The notes beneath the pieces are model-generated. The model did not search any database. It saw nothing but the letters and a program-made list of their open reading frames with translations, and was not told the DNA's origin. This document shows positions 23,505 to 36,694 of a stretch of DNA of 49,244 nt, one piece after another. Source of the stretch: Rhizaria sp. SCN 62-66 (lineage: Eukaryota); contig MEDY01000217.1 in NCBI GenBank assembly GCA_001724265.1, forward strand, positions 1 to 49,244. Direction: 5' to 3'. Within the stretch, counting starts at the first letter, position 1. Each line of letters begins with the position of its first letter. Made by a program: the position numbers and the translations under genes.

Positions 23505-26500
23505 TTAGTCGTCGTCGGCGTCGTCCGCGCACCGGCGCACGGCGTCGCTGAGCGCCCCCAGCCTTTCTGCCTGCTGCATCAGCACCCCGCCGTCTTCCCG
23601 CTCCAGCCGCGCCCGCGCCTCGACCGCGCCCTGCAGCGCACGCAGCACTCTCCGCGGCACGCCTGCGCACAGCGGGGCGAGCGCCTCGGCCCCGTGCGCG
23701 ACGGCGGTGAGGGTCGCCACAATCAGCATCGCGGCCGAGTTGCGCAGCGCTGCGTAGGCCGAGAGCGCCTTCATGAGCATGTGCATGCGGGCCTTGGTCG
23801 CGCATAGACTCGCCTCTTTCGCAGTGACCACAGCCTCCATCGACTCAGCCGCACGCAGAGCCGCCAGCGCCGCGGCCGTCGCGTTCGTCGACGCCGCCGC
23901 TGAGGTGGCAGCAGTGGCCGAGAGCGTCGTGGCCATGTTGCGCTCGCGCGTCGCATCCGCCTTGGTCCTGGCAAGCGCGCGGTGCTCCTTCTTGGCCGTG
24001 CGTGCGAGCGTTGCGACGTCGCGCTCCATCTCAGCGTGGCACTCAACGCGCAGCTCCAGCATCGCGAGCAGGGGCCAGAACGCGCCCTCATGAATCACCG
24101 CGTCCGCCAGCACAGACTTGGTCCGTGCGTCGGCCGCTGCGGCGTCGATGAGGGCCCACAGCGCACGCACGCAGGATGTGACGGCGGCGGCGCGCTGGAG
24201 GTCCTCCTGGGAGCCGTCGGCCGCGAGCGCGGCGGTGGCAATAAGGCCGGCGAGACGAACCGACCAGCCTACCGCGTCGTCCTCGGGCACAAGGAAACCG
24301 CTGCCGCTGCTGCTGCCGCTGCTGCCTGAGCCGTGTCCGCCCGCCGCGTTACTATTAGACGACGGGGCCGAGCTCGCAGTGGCGGAGGCGCCTTGGTGGC
24401 TGATGTGGTGGTGGATGTTGCTGCCGCCGAAGGGCGCGGCGTGCGCGACAGACGGCATCGGTAGCCGCGCCGCGTCGTTATCGCTCTGTCCATACGCCGT
24501 CTCTGTCAGCGCGCGCACGCCGTGACTCGCCGCCGCCGCTGCGCCGCCAGCCGCCGCGCCGAGCTCGCCCGCGAGGCCGAAGCCACGGCGGCGGCGGCGC
24601 AGCCTGCGCGCGGCGCGGCGACGGGCACGGTCTGGGTCCGTATCCGGCAGCGCGGCGGCGTCGGGCTCGAATCCGCTGGCCGCCATGAGCTTCGCGACGC
24701 GCGCCGAGACGTCCTCGTCACTCTCCTGCACTGCGGTGCCAGCGCCGGAGCCGCCGGCGTCGCCGCGGCGAGGCTCTCTGTTGTTGCCGTTGCTATGGCC
24801 GTCGTCGCACTCGGAGTCAGAGCTGCCCGAGTCGGAGTCGGAGGAGTTGTCCGAGTCCGAGGAGTTGGCACCGGGCGGCGCGCAGCGCACACGGATTGCA
24901 TGCGCGAGTGCCAGCTGTGCGATCTCACCGGCCGCCCACGCCTGCACGTGCGGCCGGCGGTCCAGCAGCGTTTCGGTCAGCCGCGGCAAGTCGAAGCGAT
25001 AAAACAGCTCCTCGTCGGTCAACGTCGTGAGTAACGCGTGCAATTCGCGGATGATATCGCGGAAGCGCGGCCGCAGCGCGGGGCGCGGGGCGACACAGCG
25101 GGCGACCAGCGGAGCTAGTAAGCCCTGCGCCCACAGAGGCAGCGATGGACGCTGACCACATGCGACGACGGCATTCGCGACATCGTGGTAGTCAGCGTTC
25201 TCGTGCAGTATGTCACTGTACGGGTGTTGCCGTGACGCAAGCTCGGTGAGGACAATACCGAACGAAAACACGTCTGCCTTTTGACCGTAGGGCCTGCCGA
25301 GCATAACTTCCGGCGCCATCCACTCTGGCGTGCCGAATACACCATGGCGCGCGCGGCCAGGGTCCTCGGCGTCTTGCTCGTCTTCGTCACCGTGCACGTC
25401 TTGCTCCTGCTCGGGCTCTTGCTCCTGCTCACGGTCATTCGCGCCGTAAGTTAAGCCGCAGTCGCCAGCCTGCGCGTAGTCGCCGTTAGTATTGCAGCGA
25501 TGGCTTGGGCTGTCGTTGGCATCGCCACCGGCAACGTTGTCATCGTCATCAGCGTTGAGCATGCGTTGCATAGCGCGGACGTTGTCACTAGGACGGTGCA
25601 CCATTCTCGTTGTCTGGTACTCGTCGACATCGACGGCAGACTCGGTGACAGTGAACTTGTTGCCAACAGCAACAGCGTTGTCAGCATACGCAGTATGGGC
25701 GTTGTCGCGCTCATTCTCGTTGTCGTTGTCTGAGGTGTTTGTGAACTGCGACGGCGTCAGCGCAAGCTCGCCAGCAACCAACAGCGCCGCGCTCGAGCCG
25801 CCACCAGCGCCACCACCGCCAACAACGTTATTGTGATTGTCGTTGAGTGTGTCGTCAGACAGCCCGTCCCTCTCGCTGTGCGCGTTCGTGTTGACGCTCG
25901 TGCCCGCGTTGACGCTGCTGTTCGTCGGCGGACGACTGTGTACAGCGTGAGTCGGCGACGACACCGCAACGGAGAGCCTCGTCGTTCGCTGTCCACCCAC
26001 CGCGCCGTTCGCCACATGCCCGCCCTCGCCCTCGCCAATGCCAGCGAGAGCCACGGTCGTGCCGCCGCCGCCGCCGCCGTTGTTGTTATCGCCCGCGGCG
26101 GCGCTGTTGGCCAGCGTGCGGAGCGACGCAAACGCGCTGGCAGCGGTAGCGGCGTTGCCACCGCACAACGAAGCCCGCGCCGGCAGTCGCACAGTGTGGC
26201 TGTGCCCTGCAGCAGCCGCGGTGGCGCCGCCGGCTGCAGACCCAGTGCGGGCGGTCTGCGCACGTTTCAGCACCTCCGGCCTCAGCAGCTGCGACGGCGA
26301 CAACGAGTGCGCGGTGTCGGTGTCAACCTCGAGGTCGGCGCCGCCACCGGCCGGCGTCGTCATCGTCACGGAGCCAGCGACGGCGCCAGTGTTAGCAGCA
26401 ACAGCGGCAACTGCGACAGTGGGGCCAGCGCCCGGGGGACCGGGGCTCGCGCCAGCGTAGCACTGTGGCGGCGGCGAGAAGATGGAGCCCGCGCCGGTGA

Positions 26501-29500
26501 GCACCGAGCCGGCCGCGCTGAAGGCATCATTGTTGCTGTCATTGGCAATGTAGGGGTTGATATTGCCCAGCGTTGAGAACGCGCGTAAGCGAGGCTTGTA
26601 CAGCGTGCTGCAGTTACCGCCGGCAACAGCGGCAGCCGCCGCGTTGGTGATGTTGCTGGCGTTGCTGATGTTCGTATTCGCTAAGATCGACACACCGTGC
26701 GTCAGCGTACCGTGCCCCCATACACCGGCCTCAGCGGCGGCAGCGCCGACCACGCCGACCATGCCGGCACTATTGTCGCTGAGGCCACTGGCGTTGTTCG
26801 CCAAGTACGTGCTGTTCGCGTTAAATGCATTGTTGTTCGATGGAGCATGTCGCAGAGTGGCGCCAGTCGCGGGCGCGGTCCCGAAAAACGACGAGTGCGC
26901 GCCGCTGCCGGCAACAACCGCGTTCGGAGCGCTCGCAGCGGCCGAGTCAGAGTGGGGGCTAACGCTATTATTCTTCTGGCTAGGACTGAGGCTGTCCGCG
27001 GAGGCCGCTGCGGCCCAGTAGCGCCGCATGTTCGCGCCGTTGGCGGGCTTGCGGCCGCCACCAGGGGAGATGCCAGCTGTCACCCGTCCTCTTGCAATAG
27101 CCCATGACGAGTCGTCCCCTTGGTTCTCGCCGTCACTCCCCGTGAGAGTCTTGTTGCCGCCCGCCCGGGTGCCCCAGACGTGGGCCACGATCGGCACTGG
27201 CACGGACGACGTGGTGGTCGAGGTCGCAAACGCGCCGTGAGACTGTTGTGGCGAGCTGTAGATCTGAGACTGGGCCGGAGACTGTACTTGCGAGTCAACA
27301 GCGTCATGCTGTTGTTGCTGTTGCTGCGAGTGTTGCGGCGACTGGGTCGGTGACGCCACAGGCGTGGGCTCAGACAGCAGCGCAAACGCAGCAGCCGCGG
27401 CCGCTGCAGTGTCAGCAGCAGCAGGGTCCGTCGCGTTCACAGCGGAATCAGCGGATAAAGGCACGGCGTGACCGCGACGCTGACGCTGGTTCGCTGTGTT
27501 GCTCCGAACCCTGTTGCTACTGTCACTGTCATCCTCAGCCTTCGCCTGCTTCTGTTGCTGCTGCAGCTCAAGTTCTTTCTGCTCTTGCTCTTGCTCATGC
27601 TCCTGCTCATGTTCTTGCTCATACTGCTGTTGTTGCTGCTGGCGCAGACGCTCGCGCTCCTGCTCTTGCTCCAGCTCCTGCAAACGCTGCTGCTCCTGCT
27701 GTTGCTGCTGATCGCCGGTAGCACTCCAGTCACGGATGAAAGAAAGACCAAAATCGGCAACCTTGGGCGTCAACCGCACGTCAACAAGCACGTTCTGGCT
27801 CTTCAAATCACGGTGAATGATGCCAGCATGCAGCGAATGCAGGTAATTCATACCCTGTGCAATCCCCATCGCCAGCGTTAAAACCTTGCGCGCGTTCAAG
27901 TACACCACAGGATCGCGCAACACGTCAAAGAGACTGCCACGCTCGCACCACTCCGTCACCACAAACACGTCTTGCTCTTCCCGCGCCCGCGCCACCGCCG
28001 CTGCGGCCTCCGTGGACAGCAGCCCGTCCTGGGCGGCGCGGGTTGGCGACATGGGCTCCGGCGGCGGCGGTAAACACGCGCCTAGGTACAGCACGACGTG
28101 CGGGTGCCGCAGCTGCGACAGGATCGACACCTCTTTCTGCACCTCAGCCATGGCTTCGGCCACAGCGGCGGCTTCGCGCTGCTCCGCGGCGGCCGCGACG
28201 GCCTCGGCCTCAGCGGCAGCCTCGAGGTCCTGCTCGTCGCCCGTCTCGGCCGCGCGCGCCGCCGCCGCCGTGGCCGTGGCGCGGGCGGCGGCGGCGGCGG
28301 AGTCGGCGGCCAGCGCGGCGGGGCGCAAGGTTTTGACGGCGACCGGCGTGCCCCAGAGGAAGCCTTGGTAGACATCGCCGAATGCACCGCCCCCGAGACG
28401 GCGGCCGAGGATCAAATCATGGGGGTCGATCGCGCTCGCACTGGTGGGGTTCTGTGGCGTGCTGTGAGCGACGGTGACAGCGTTGCTATTGCTATGAGCG
28501 ACGCAGTGCGAGTGTGACAGATGATTGGCGTTGCTGTTGCTCATGTCACCGTTGTCGTTCGCGCGAGTGTGCGCGTTGCTTGAGGTGATAATGCTGTTGC
28601 TATTGTTGGGGAGAGTCTTAGCAGTGACATCCGATGGCGAAACGAGATAACCATTGTCAACGCTGACACGACCACAATATACAGCAGTATTAGCCTCATT
28701 AGCCTTAGTCGCCGCCTCACTATCAGCGACAGGAACGCCGCTGATTTCAGTCGAAGTGTTGTCGGTGGCAACGATACTGGCATTCCGAGACTTCATACTA
28801 GCGTCAATTAAAGCGCTCGCAGCCTTGTCTCTCTCAGGCGACTCAGGAAACAGCGGCGGTGGCGGCGGCGGGGGCGACGACGACTGGGACCGCTGTAGGC
28901 CATCTGACTGCCCCTTTGCATGCGAAAGCACAAACTCTGACTCGTGCACCTCCTTCGAGCTCGAACTGGCGCTGCTTGACTCAGGGCTGGGGCTTTGCGA
29001 CGCAGGTGCATTGCTGCCGTTGAGGTTGTGACTAGGGGTCGGCAGCGGGCGCGGCGGCCGCGGGGGCGGCCTTGCCGGCACTGACGGCGACTGGGGCGGC
29101 GCCACAACTGCGCTGCTCTCGCTCTTACTAACGTTGCCGTCAGCGCTGTTGTTGTCCGCACTCGCATTCGCCGCACCACTGTTCGCGGTCGCATTGGCTT
29201 TGTTGTTATTGTTGTTGTTATTGGCGATAAGAACTGACTGGCGGCCGGTCAAAACCACGTTAACGTGACTGTGCAGCGTGTTGTTACTTGCCAGCGCAGT
29301 CAGTGGCACCTTGATCGGGATGGTACTTACATCAACCACGGGGCTACTTACATTCGGGCTAACACTCGCAGTCGCGTTCGCAGTGACCGGACTCGCATTC
29401 GCAACAGCGGTATTCCCTGAAGGGATAGTAGTCACTGAGGGGATCCTGAGCGTGTAGTTGTTGTACCCCGCATCAGCCCCCGCGGCAGCGGCTGCGGCTG

Positions 29501-31232
29501 TTAGCCTCATCGTCCCGTACCCGTCCGCGGCAGTGACAGCGGCGGCGACGGCCTGCGACCGCGCCGCGACGGCGTTGACAACTGCGGCGATCGCGGTCAG
29601 CCATGCCGTTTTGTCGCGAGCGGACTGGGCGTGCACCCACAGCTCGCGGCCGGTGGTGCAAACCGCAAACAGATGCGGCTTATGCTCCGTCGGCACAGTA
29701 ACGGCAACGGCGGAACCGCGGGGAGAAACGCACAACTCAGCAGCTGCAGCAGCAGCGGCATTGTTATCGACGAAGAGGTTGTGCTGCTCACGGTCACTGG
29801 GGAGGGTCTTCGAGGCGTGAGCGCCCTGGTTGTGACTGTGTGCGTGGCTATTGATCGCCAGAGGCATGGTGCGAGAGCCCACGGCAGCGTCGTGAGCGCT
29901 ATTATCGGCAACAATGCTGTGAACAAGACGGCCTTGGGGGCTTGCAGCAACACGAGCATGGTTACTGTTCGTAGTATTGTTGTTGTTGCTGCTGTTTGCA
30001 ACAGCTTGCGCGCTGCCTTGGCGGCGGATCGTGTTGAACAGACTGTTGTTGCCGCCGCTCCCGGTGCTGTTGGTGGACGGCGTCGCGGTCAGCGTCTGCG
30101 GCAGCGGCTGCGCGGTAGTGGCGACGACAACTGCCGCCTGCGCCAGCCGCGCTGTTTGAGCGTTGTGGCAGCGCTCGCACACGCGCACGGGGGAGAAAAT
30201 GCCGAAGCGCGGTAAGCAAACGGTGCCGCTTGTGCACGCGGAGCAAAACGACCGGCCACAGGCCTTGCAGTGCTTGCGGAAGCACAAGAAGCCAAAGTCA
30301 CGGCCACAAGCCTGCGATGCAAAAGACAAGACAAAACAGATGAGTTAGGGACGTAAAAAGAATGAGAAAATTCAAAAAGAAAAATGATTCACAGAGTCTC
30401 ATTTGCAAGAGATCATAAAAGTGTTGTTTGAGTAGGTTGTTTGAGTAGGTACCTGGCAGTTTGACGCGTCCATCGGAGCCGGTGGAGTCGCGGGCACAAG
30501 CGCGCGCGGCCTCGGCCTCGCAGCCGCAGCAGCAGCAGCAGCAGCGGCAGCAGGCTGTCCGTTCGCGCCGGGCTTGTTGTTACTTGTAGTGACGAGATAC
30601 TCCTCGTCGTCATCCTCGTCGTCGTTGCGACTGTCACCACCGTTCTCTTGATGGGTCAATAGCCTTCCCGCGCCCGCGTTGCTTTGCTGCGGCTGACTCG
30701 CGCTGCTACCCGTGTCGTCAAAGTCGTAGTCGTCAGCAAGGCTCAGCAGCGTTGTTTCGGGCCCCTGGAGCTGAATCACGCCCAAAACCTGCGCCAGCGA
30801 CGCGTCTTTGTAGTACATGAGCGTATCGGGGTACAGAACAAACCACCGCTTGTGCCAGGTCTTCCACCCGCCGCGCGCGCCGCCCTGCTTAGACAGAAAC
30901 CCGCTGTACACGACCCGCGACCGCGCATGGCCCGCGTGACCGCCGTGACCCACAACGGCCGTAGACGCAGTCGCGGTCGTCAGCAAGCGCGTCGCGGCGG
31001 AGGGCGGCCGCAGCAGCGGCGGCGGGGCCGGGGACGCCAGGGCGCCGCCCGGGTGCGGGCTCACCGCGGTGCTCGCAGTCGTCGTCGCGGTCGTAGTTGT
31101 GGTGGCCGTGGTGTGGGTGGAGTTGGTGCTGTTGTTGCTGCGCGTGCTGTGGGCTGAGGGACCGCGGCGCAGCGTCGTGGCGGGGTACGCAGAGTACCCC
31201 GCCGGTTGGGGTGTAAAGGCGTTGTTCTGCAT
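23505..31232 (-). CDS. TKL-group Ser/Thr protein kinase with split PH domain and FYVE finger, 2528 aa
   Basis: Exons 31232-30453 and 30311-23505 (phase 0). PH motif SGFLSKQGG..WHKRWFVL; eight-Cys FYVE finger; kinase motifs LGGGAFGDV, VAVK, HRDLKSQN, DFG, GTPEWMAPE, DVFSFG and RPRF. Confidence 0.92.
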
Positions 31233-31898
31233 GTGCTGGGAAGCAGCAGCGGCAGGGAGACGCGCTGAAGGGAGCGCAGTAAGTAGGGAAAAAGAGGGAA
31301 GTGCTTGGTGTGGCTGTGGTGGTAACGTCAGCGGGGAAGAAAACCGAAGATAGAGGCGTTAATGAGGTTAAATAAGAGTAGCCACACAGTTGATGAAATG
31401 CGAAATCGCGCAGACAGCGCTGGTGTCGTTGTTGCAGGACGGAATATTGAGGTTGTAACGCGTGTGATGCGAGATATCAAGAAGCATGCTCCTTGTGGGC
31501 GAGGCACGCTCTCGGTCGGAATGCCTTGCTAACAAGATATAAAGGAAGCTTTCATCGAAAGAGCTATTTCATGAATGCATGCAAAAGAACTGTTTAGTTA
31601 ACATCTTGCAACGATGATCCAAATGGACGTTCATGGATGGAAATACGGGCGCTGATAAATCTTCCGTCCCAAATAGTCCTGGCCCCTGGCCTACAGCCAC
31701 AAACGCATGGCAAAACTTGAACAATTACTTTTCCACTATATGAACAACATATCAACGCTGTACTGCATTGGATTCTACGCTTAATTTGTATGTTTTATGA
31801 ACAGGTAAATAGGTTTGAGTCTATGTATCAATTATAGCGTCGGTATTGACGCATTTCTCGTTAAAACTAGGTAATGTTACGCGTGCCATTCGCCCAAC

Positions 31899-33199
31899 TC
31901 ACGCCAACAGCACCGCAAGAGCCGCCAAGACAGCCACAAGACCAGCCAGAAACACGCTGTTGGTAGGACTAGGCGCCGCCCCGCACATGGTGTGCGGCAG
32001 ACCGGTACAGTTGAGCTTCTGCTTGCACCGCGACACCGCCGTCTGGCACATGTGCAGACAAATCGGCCTAGATTATAAAGCAGAAAGAAAAGAAAATCAA
32101 CGGTATATGAGATAATAGATCCATATATTTCAAGAGTTCCACGAAAAGCACATATTTCTAATTTGAAAACAAATGATCAATTTAATAAAGCCATATAGAG
32201 ATATCTTTGTTTTAATGTGACAAACCTTGCGACCTCAATTGGCGGGTCCAAATCGGGGTCCGTGCCCGACGGCAGCCCTGGCAGCGGCTCATTCGACGCC
32301 GCGCAGTACTCAAACTGCAGCGCGCAGTGGTAGTTCCTCCTCCGTGCCAGACAGTCAGAACACATCGATTGCCCAAACACCTGGCTCGAACACGAGGTCT
32401 GGCGTGACGTCCAGACCGCGGCGTCGGAAAGGTAAGCCGCCAGCGCGGCCTCATCCTTCGTCTTCATGTCATCTAACGACAGGGACCCCAACAGCGGGTA
32501 TGTAAGCAGTGAACGGCAGTAGAAGACGCGCTCTTGCTCTGGATCGATGTCGAAAATCATCCCAGTGGGCACGCATGGGCCGTTGGTGTAGGTGTTCAGG
32601 GGCACCGTGGGGTCGATTTCCGTGTCAGAGTCGCCGGCGCCGGCGTCAGTGGGGCTGTGGGTGCCTCCAGAGCCGGGGCTGCCATCACTTGAGCCAGAAC
32701 CAGAGCCAGAGCCGGAGCCAGCATCAGAGTCATCAGTGCTACCAGGGTCGGTTGAGTCCTCTAGCAGGGCTATAGACGGGGCTACAGGGCCAAACGGAGC
32801 GCGAAACTGCTTAGAACGACGCGCTACAGTCGCACGGGCTGCTTTCAAACTCAGAAAATGGCTTGGTGGAGAATTGGAGCGAGAGCTAGAGCTTGCGCCA
32901 AGCCTATGATGGCTCAGCGAGCTAGAGCTGGCTACGGTTGCTTCGGAGACTGGGGCGAGGGTGAGAGGAGAGTAGTCGAAGGTGTCCGCAAGCGAAAACG
33001 CAGCGCCGTTCGCGGTGGTGATGCTCACAACAGTCACTGCAGCAGCAGATGCAGAGACAGAGGCAGTGGCAGAGTTAGAGCTTGCGAGTGCGAGCGCATT
33101 CGGGGCGGAAGCTGTTGCGGCTGTTGCTGTTGTTGCTATCAAAGGAGTCGTGAGGATAAGACATGCTGCAAGGGCGAGCAAGCGGTGCAATGCAAGCAT
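31899..33199 (-). CDS. Secreted, probably GPI-anchored Cys-rich protein (Mid1/FAM155 or Frizzled-CRD-like), 380 aa
   Basis: Exons 33199-32226 and 32067-31899 (GTTTGT..TAG, phase 2). Signal peptide; CSDC-x8-C-x6-C followed by PICLHMCQTAVSRC; C-terminal hydrophobic tail VFLAGLVAVLAALAVLLA* with no cytosolic residues. Confidence 0.72.
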
Positions 33200-33929
33200 G
33201 CTGTGGCGCCGCCAGTTTGACAGGAGCGCTCCTTTGCGGGGTTGTGTCGCACTCAAAGCTGTCAACCGTTGCTCTTGCTAGAGTCAGAGCCGAAACAGAA
33301 GGGAAGCCGCGCAGTAACGGTAGTATGTCAGCTGCTTAAGACGTGAAACGGGTCGGAATAGAACAAAATTTTGTTGATTAACCTACATAACGTAGTGGAA
33401 TTAGTTGGGATATGAAGTGGAAATGACAAAATGTGAGAATTTGAAGGAGGATTCCGAACACTGAGCCGTTTCCTGTCAGCAACATCAAACAGTTGCTCAG
33501 CGCTCCACAAACATGGTATTTGAAAATAAAAGTCAACTGAGTAATACAAATAAATACGAAATAGCGGAAGTTCGGAAGAAAAGTTCTAAACAGTGTGACT
33601 GTTGATGTAGGGACATGCCGAAGTGGTGCCTACAGAGGCCGAAAGGCAACGGCTTGGCCGCAGACTCGAGGACTTCGCCAAGACACATCACAGGACCAGT
33701 TCCTGGCGTCATATCGCAGTATTATTAAGCGCCAAAAGAAAACAGTACAGTTCAATTATGGACACAAAATAACACTTCTATCTAACGATGGCAACCCCAC
33801 GTTCTACATCTGCTCCGTTCACGCACCATCGCTTGCCACCCAACTCGCTCACCTGCCCACATCACCATTCCGTTTATAACCTCCCGCACCGGTTTCCTTT
33901 GCGTCCTGCCTAGGCCGCTGTCGCTCTCC

Positions 33930-35350
33930 ATGTCCGAGCAGTGCCCTCTGAACGAGGTCGTGACGTCGACCGCGCGCGTCTTCAACGCCATCAACGCTAA
34001 GTACCTCTCGGCCACTCCGTCCACATTCTCCTACGCCGACTACTCCCTCGCCCACGGCGACTGCAAGACTGCCGACTCCAGCGCCACCACTCTCCCCGTT
34101 GACGGCGTGACCGAACTCCTCCCTATTCCCGCGCTCTCCGCCTTCACCGAACACCCCCCTGTGTACATCGACGAAGCCGCGCTCGACGCCGAGCTCGACG
34201 CCAACGCGACTCTCTACAGCACTGAAGCGCTGCCGCCGACATGGGCGCAGACCTACCACTACTCGGCCACGCCCGAGGAGGTTGCCGCGGACGGCGCCGC
34301 CGCAGAGCGCCTCTGCCAGTACGTTTTTGTGCTTGACGCACTCAACTTCTGCTTCTGGCCGCTCTCCGGATATGAATACGAGCACCTCGCCGGCTCTCTC
34401 AAGGCCGCGCTTGACCGTGATCCCACCGCGTTCGACGCCGCGAACCTTGCCGCCGTTACCCCGGCCACGCTCGCGCGCTGGCTGCAGCCGCCCGCCGAGT
34501 TCCCGCTTATCGCCACGCCCCTGTGCGCGAATCCGGACGCCCAGCGCTGCGCCGATACCGGCGCCGTCCCGATCCCTCTGCTCGCCGCGCGCACGCGTCT
34601 GCTGCGGGAGCTGGGCGCCGCACTGCTCAGCGTGCCCGGGCAGAACGCCGCCGCGCTCGTGCGGTCCGCGAAGGGCTCAGCGCGCGCGCTGTTGCGCATT
34701 GTGACGGCCACGCTGCCCGGGTTCCGCGACCACCTCCAGTGGGGCGCCGACCAGGTACGGACATGCACAGTATATCTCGCTCAAATCTCAATCAAATTAA
34801 GATATATTGTATATTTCTTTGTACTTGTTGACTAGAAGATTTAAAATTTCGGCGTGTTAATTTTAATGCTCATGTGCTTTATTCGCTCTATGTCTCACTT
34901 CGCAAATGCGCAAAACGCGAATACTATCTTGTTTCGGCGCACTCGTTGTGATAGGTTTTCCTGTACAAGCGCGCTCAGATCCTCATTGGCGACCTGTGGG
35001 GCGCTTTCCGCGGCGTCGGCCTTGGCGCGTTCAGCGACATGAGCCACCTGTCATGCTTCGCCGACTACCGCATCCCGCAGCTCCTGCAGGGCATGGGCGT
35101 GCTCAAGTACTCTCCGACGCTCGCGGCGACTGTGGCCGCTCTGGAGCCTGTCCCCGCGGGCAGCGAGGCCGAGGTCGCGATCCGCGCTGCCACGGTGCAG
35201 GTTGTGGAGATGATCAAGCGCAAGATGGCGGCCAAGGGGGTCAAGATTGAGGCGTTCCAGCTTGATTGGCTGCTCTGGGAGGCGGGTGAGAAGCTCATGA
35301 AGGAGGGCAAGATCAACCCGCATCACCGCACGATCACGACCTACTACTGA
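33930..35350 (+). CDS. QNG1: Queuosine salvage protein (queuosine 5'-phosphate N-glycosylase/hydrolase, DUF2419/C9orf64), 406 aa
   Basis: Exons 33930-34754 and 34955-35350 (phase 0). Motifs YVFVLDALNFCFWP, FRD, FLYKRAQILIGDLW, FADYRIPQ, EVAIRA, LDWLLW and terminal PHHRTITTYY. Confidence 0.95.
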
Positions 35351-36694
35351 GTGTGACATCACTCGGAAATCAAACCATGACGGCGTAAAAAGTCGTATAT
35401 GCGTGCAAGCATAGTCCAACTGCGATGATCGCGCGATTTTTTGAGATTTGTTATTGAGAAACAGAAGGGATATGCATGCCCTGAGCTTATATGAGTTGCG
35501 CTCCATGGACTGAACTATACAAAAGATTTAAAAAAAAAATCAACAACATCATCAGATCGACTACTGGTACGCACGCGTACGCACGCGTGCTAGGGCCGGC
35601 TTGATAAAAGCATTATTGCAGCACGAAACTGAATTAAAGAGCTCGCTCACGAGCAAGTGCGTCGACCGCCAGCGTACACCAGCGCCAGCGACGAGGTTGT
35701 GTGACAGCACAGCGACTGGCTTGACGCCAGTGATGCGCAGCAGCGTAGCAACTGGGAACGTCTTGGGCACGTTGAGCGCCCAGCGGAAAGCGATTTAATA
35801 TTGACAATATTAATACTACGTAAGTCTACGATGTCAGCCGTCACATTTGTCATTCTAGCGTTGCCATAGTCCACTACATGCACTTTTTGATGACGGCTCC
35901 GAAACGACATCACTTGGGTGTCTGCGGACGAGGACATGTGAGCGACTATGGTGACTGAGCGACTACTGGCTCATACGTTTACAAGGATGTTAGCACAGCA
36001 GATTTTACGCGATATCTGAATGTGGGAGAAGATATATCACTATATAGCACTGCTGTACATGTGTCAATTTTGCAAGCACGTCATCAACTCCCTCTAATCA
36101 CGGTGTCCTGAGGCAAACTAGTCGTCTGTCTCTGCCCTCCAATCAAGGCTGACTTCGACCAAGACAAATGCACGCTTAGTAATCGCCACATGGGTGTTAT
36201 GAAGCGCGATAGTGTATTAAGTGTCTATAATTCTTCTTAAGCTCATTGTTATCTAGATTGACACAGCACACATAGAAATGAGCAAGAACAAAGGGGCATC
36301 GCCTTGAATTTCGCAAGTCCACCAATATTATAAAATAATAGATCTTTATAAACATTGTTTTAATTTGTTTTCAAGTTAGTCGTTGAGTACATCCCCACCT
36401 CCCTAGTTTTGTGTGAAAAACATTTTCTTTTGCTGATTTCGGACGTTCAAAAAAAAGATCGCTCCAAATGAGGAAGTAGATTTGATAAAAGAGAGAAAGA
36501 GATCAAAGATTGACAGTGGTATTATGTAACTTCGAAACATAGCTGTGAAATACTATATGATACGAGTAAATAAAAGTACATTCATTGAAACACAAAGACA
36601 CCGGCCAGGAAGAGACCCATTCTCTATTGTCTCTTGTGGGTCGAAATTGTTCGGTCGTAGTTATTGTGAGGAGTGCAAAAACAGGAGGAAAGTC

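Noticed and set aside
25317..27746. Kinase insertion as an intein or intron
   Set aside because: There are no intein terminal motifs or endonuclease domain. It is stop-free, GC-rich and ten times longer than any intron here.
30423..30450. 13-bp tandem duplication (gttgtttgagtag)x2 in the kinase intron
   Set aside because: Simple slippage duplication with two copies and no spacers; not CRISPR-like.
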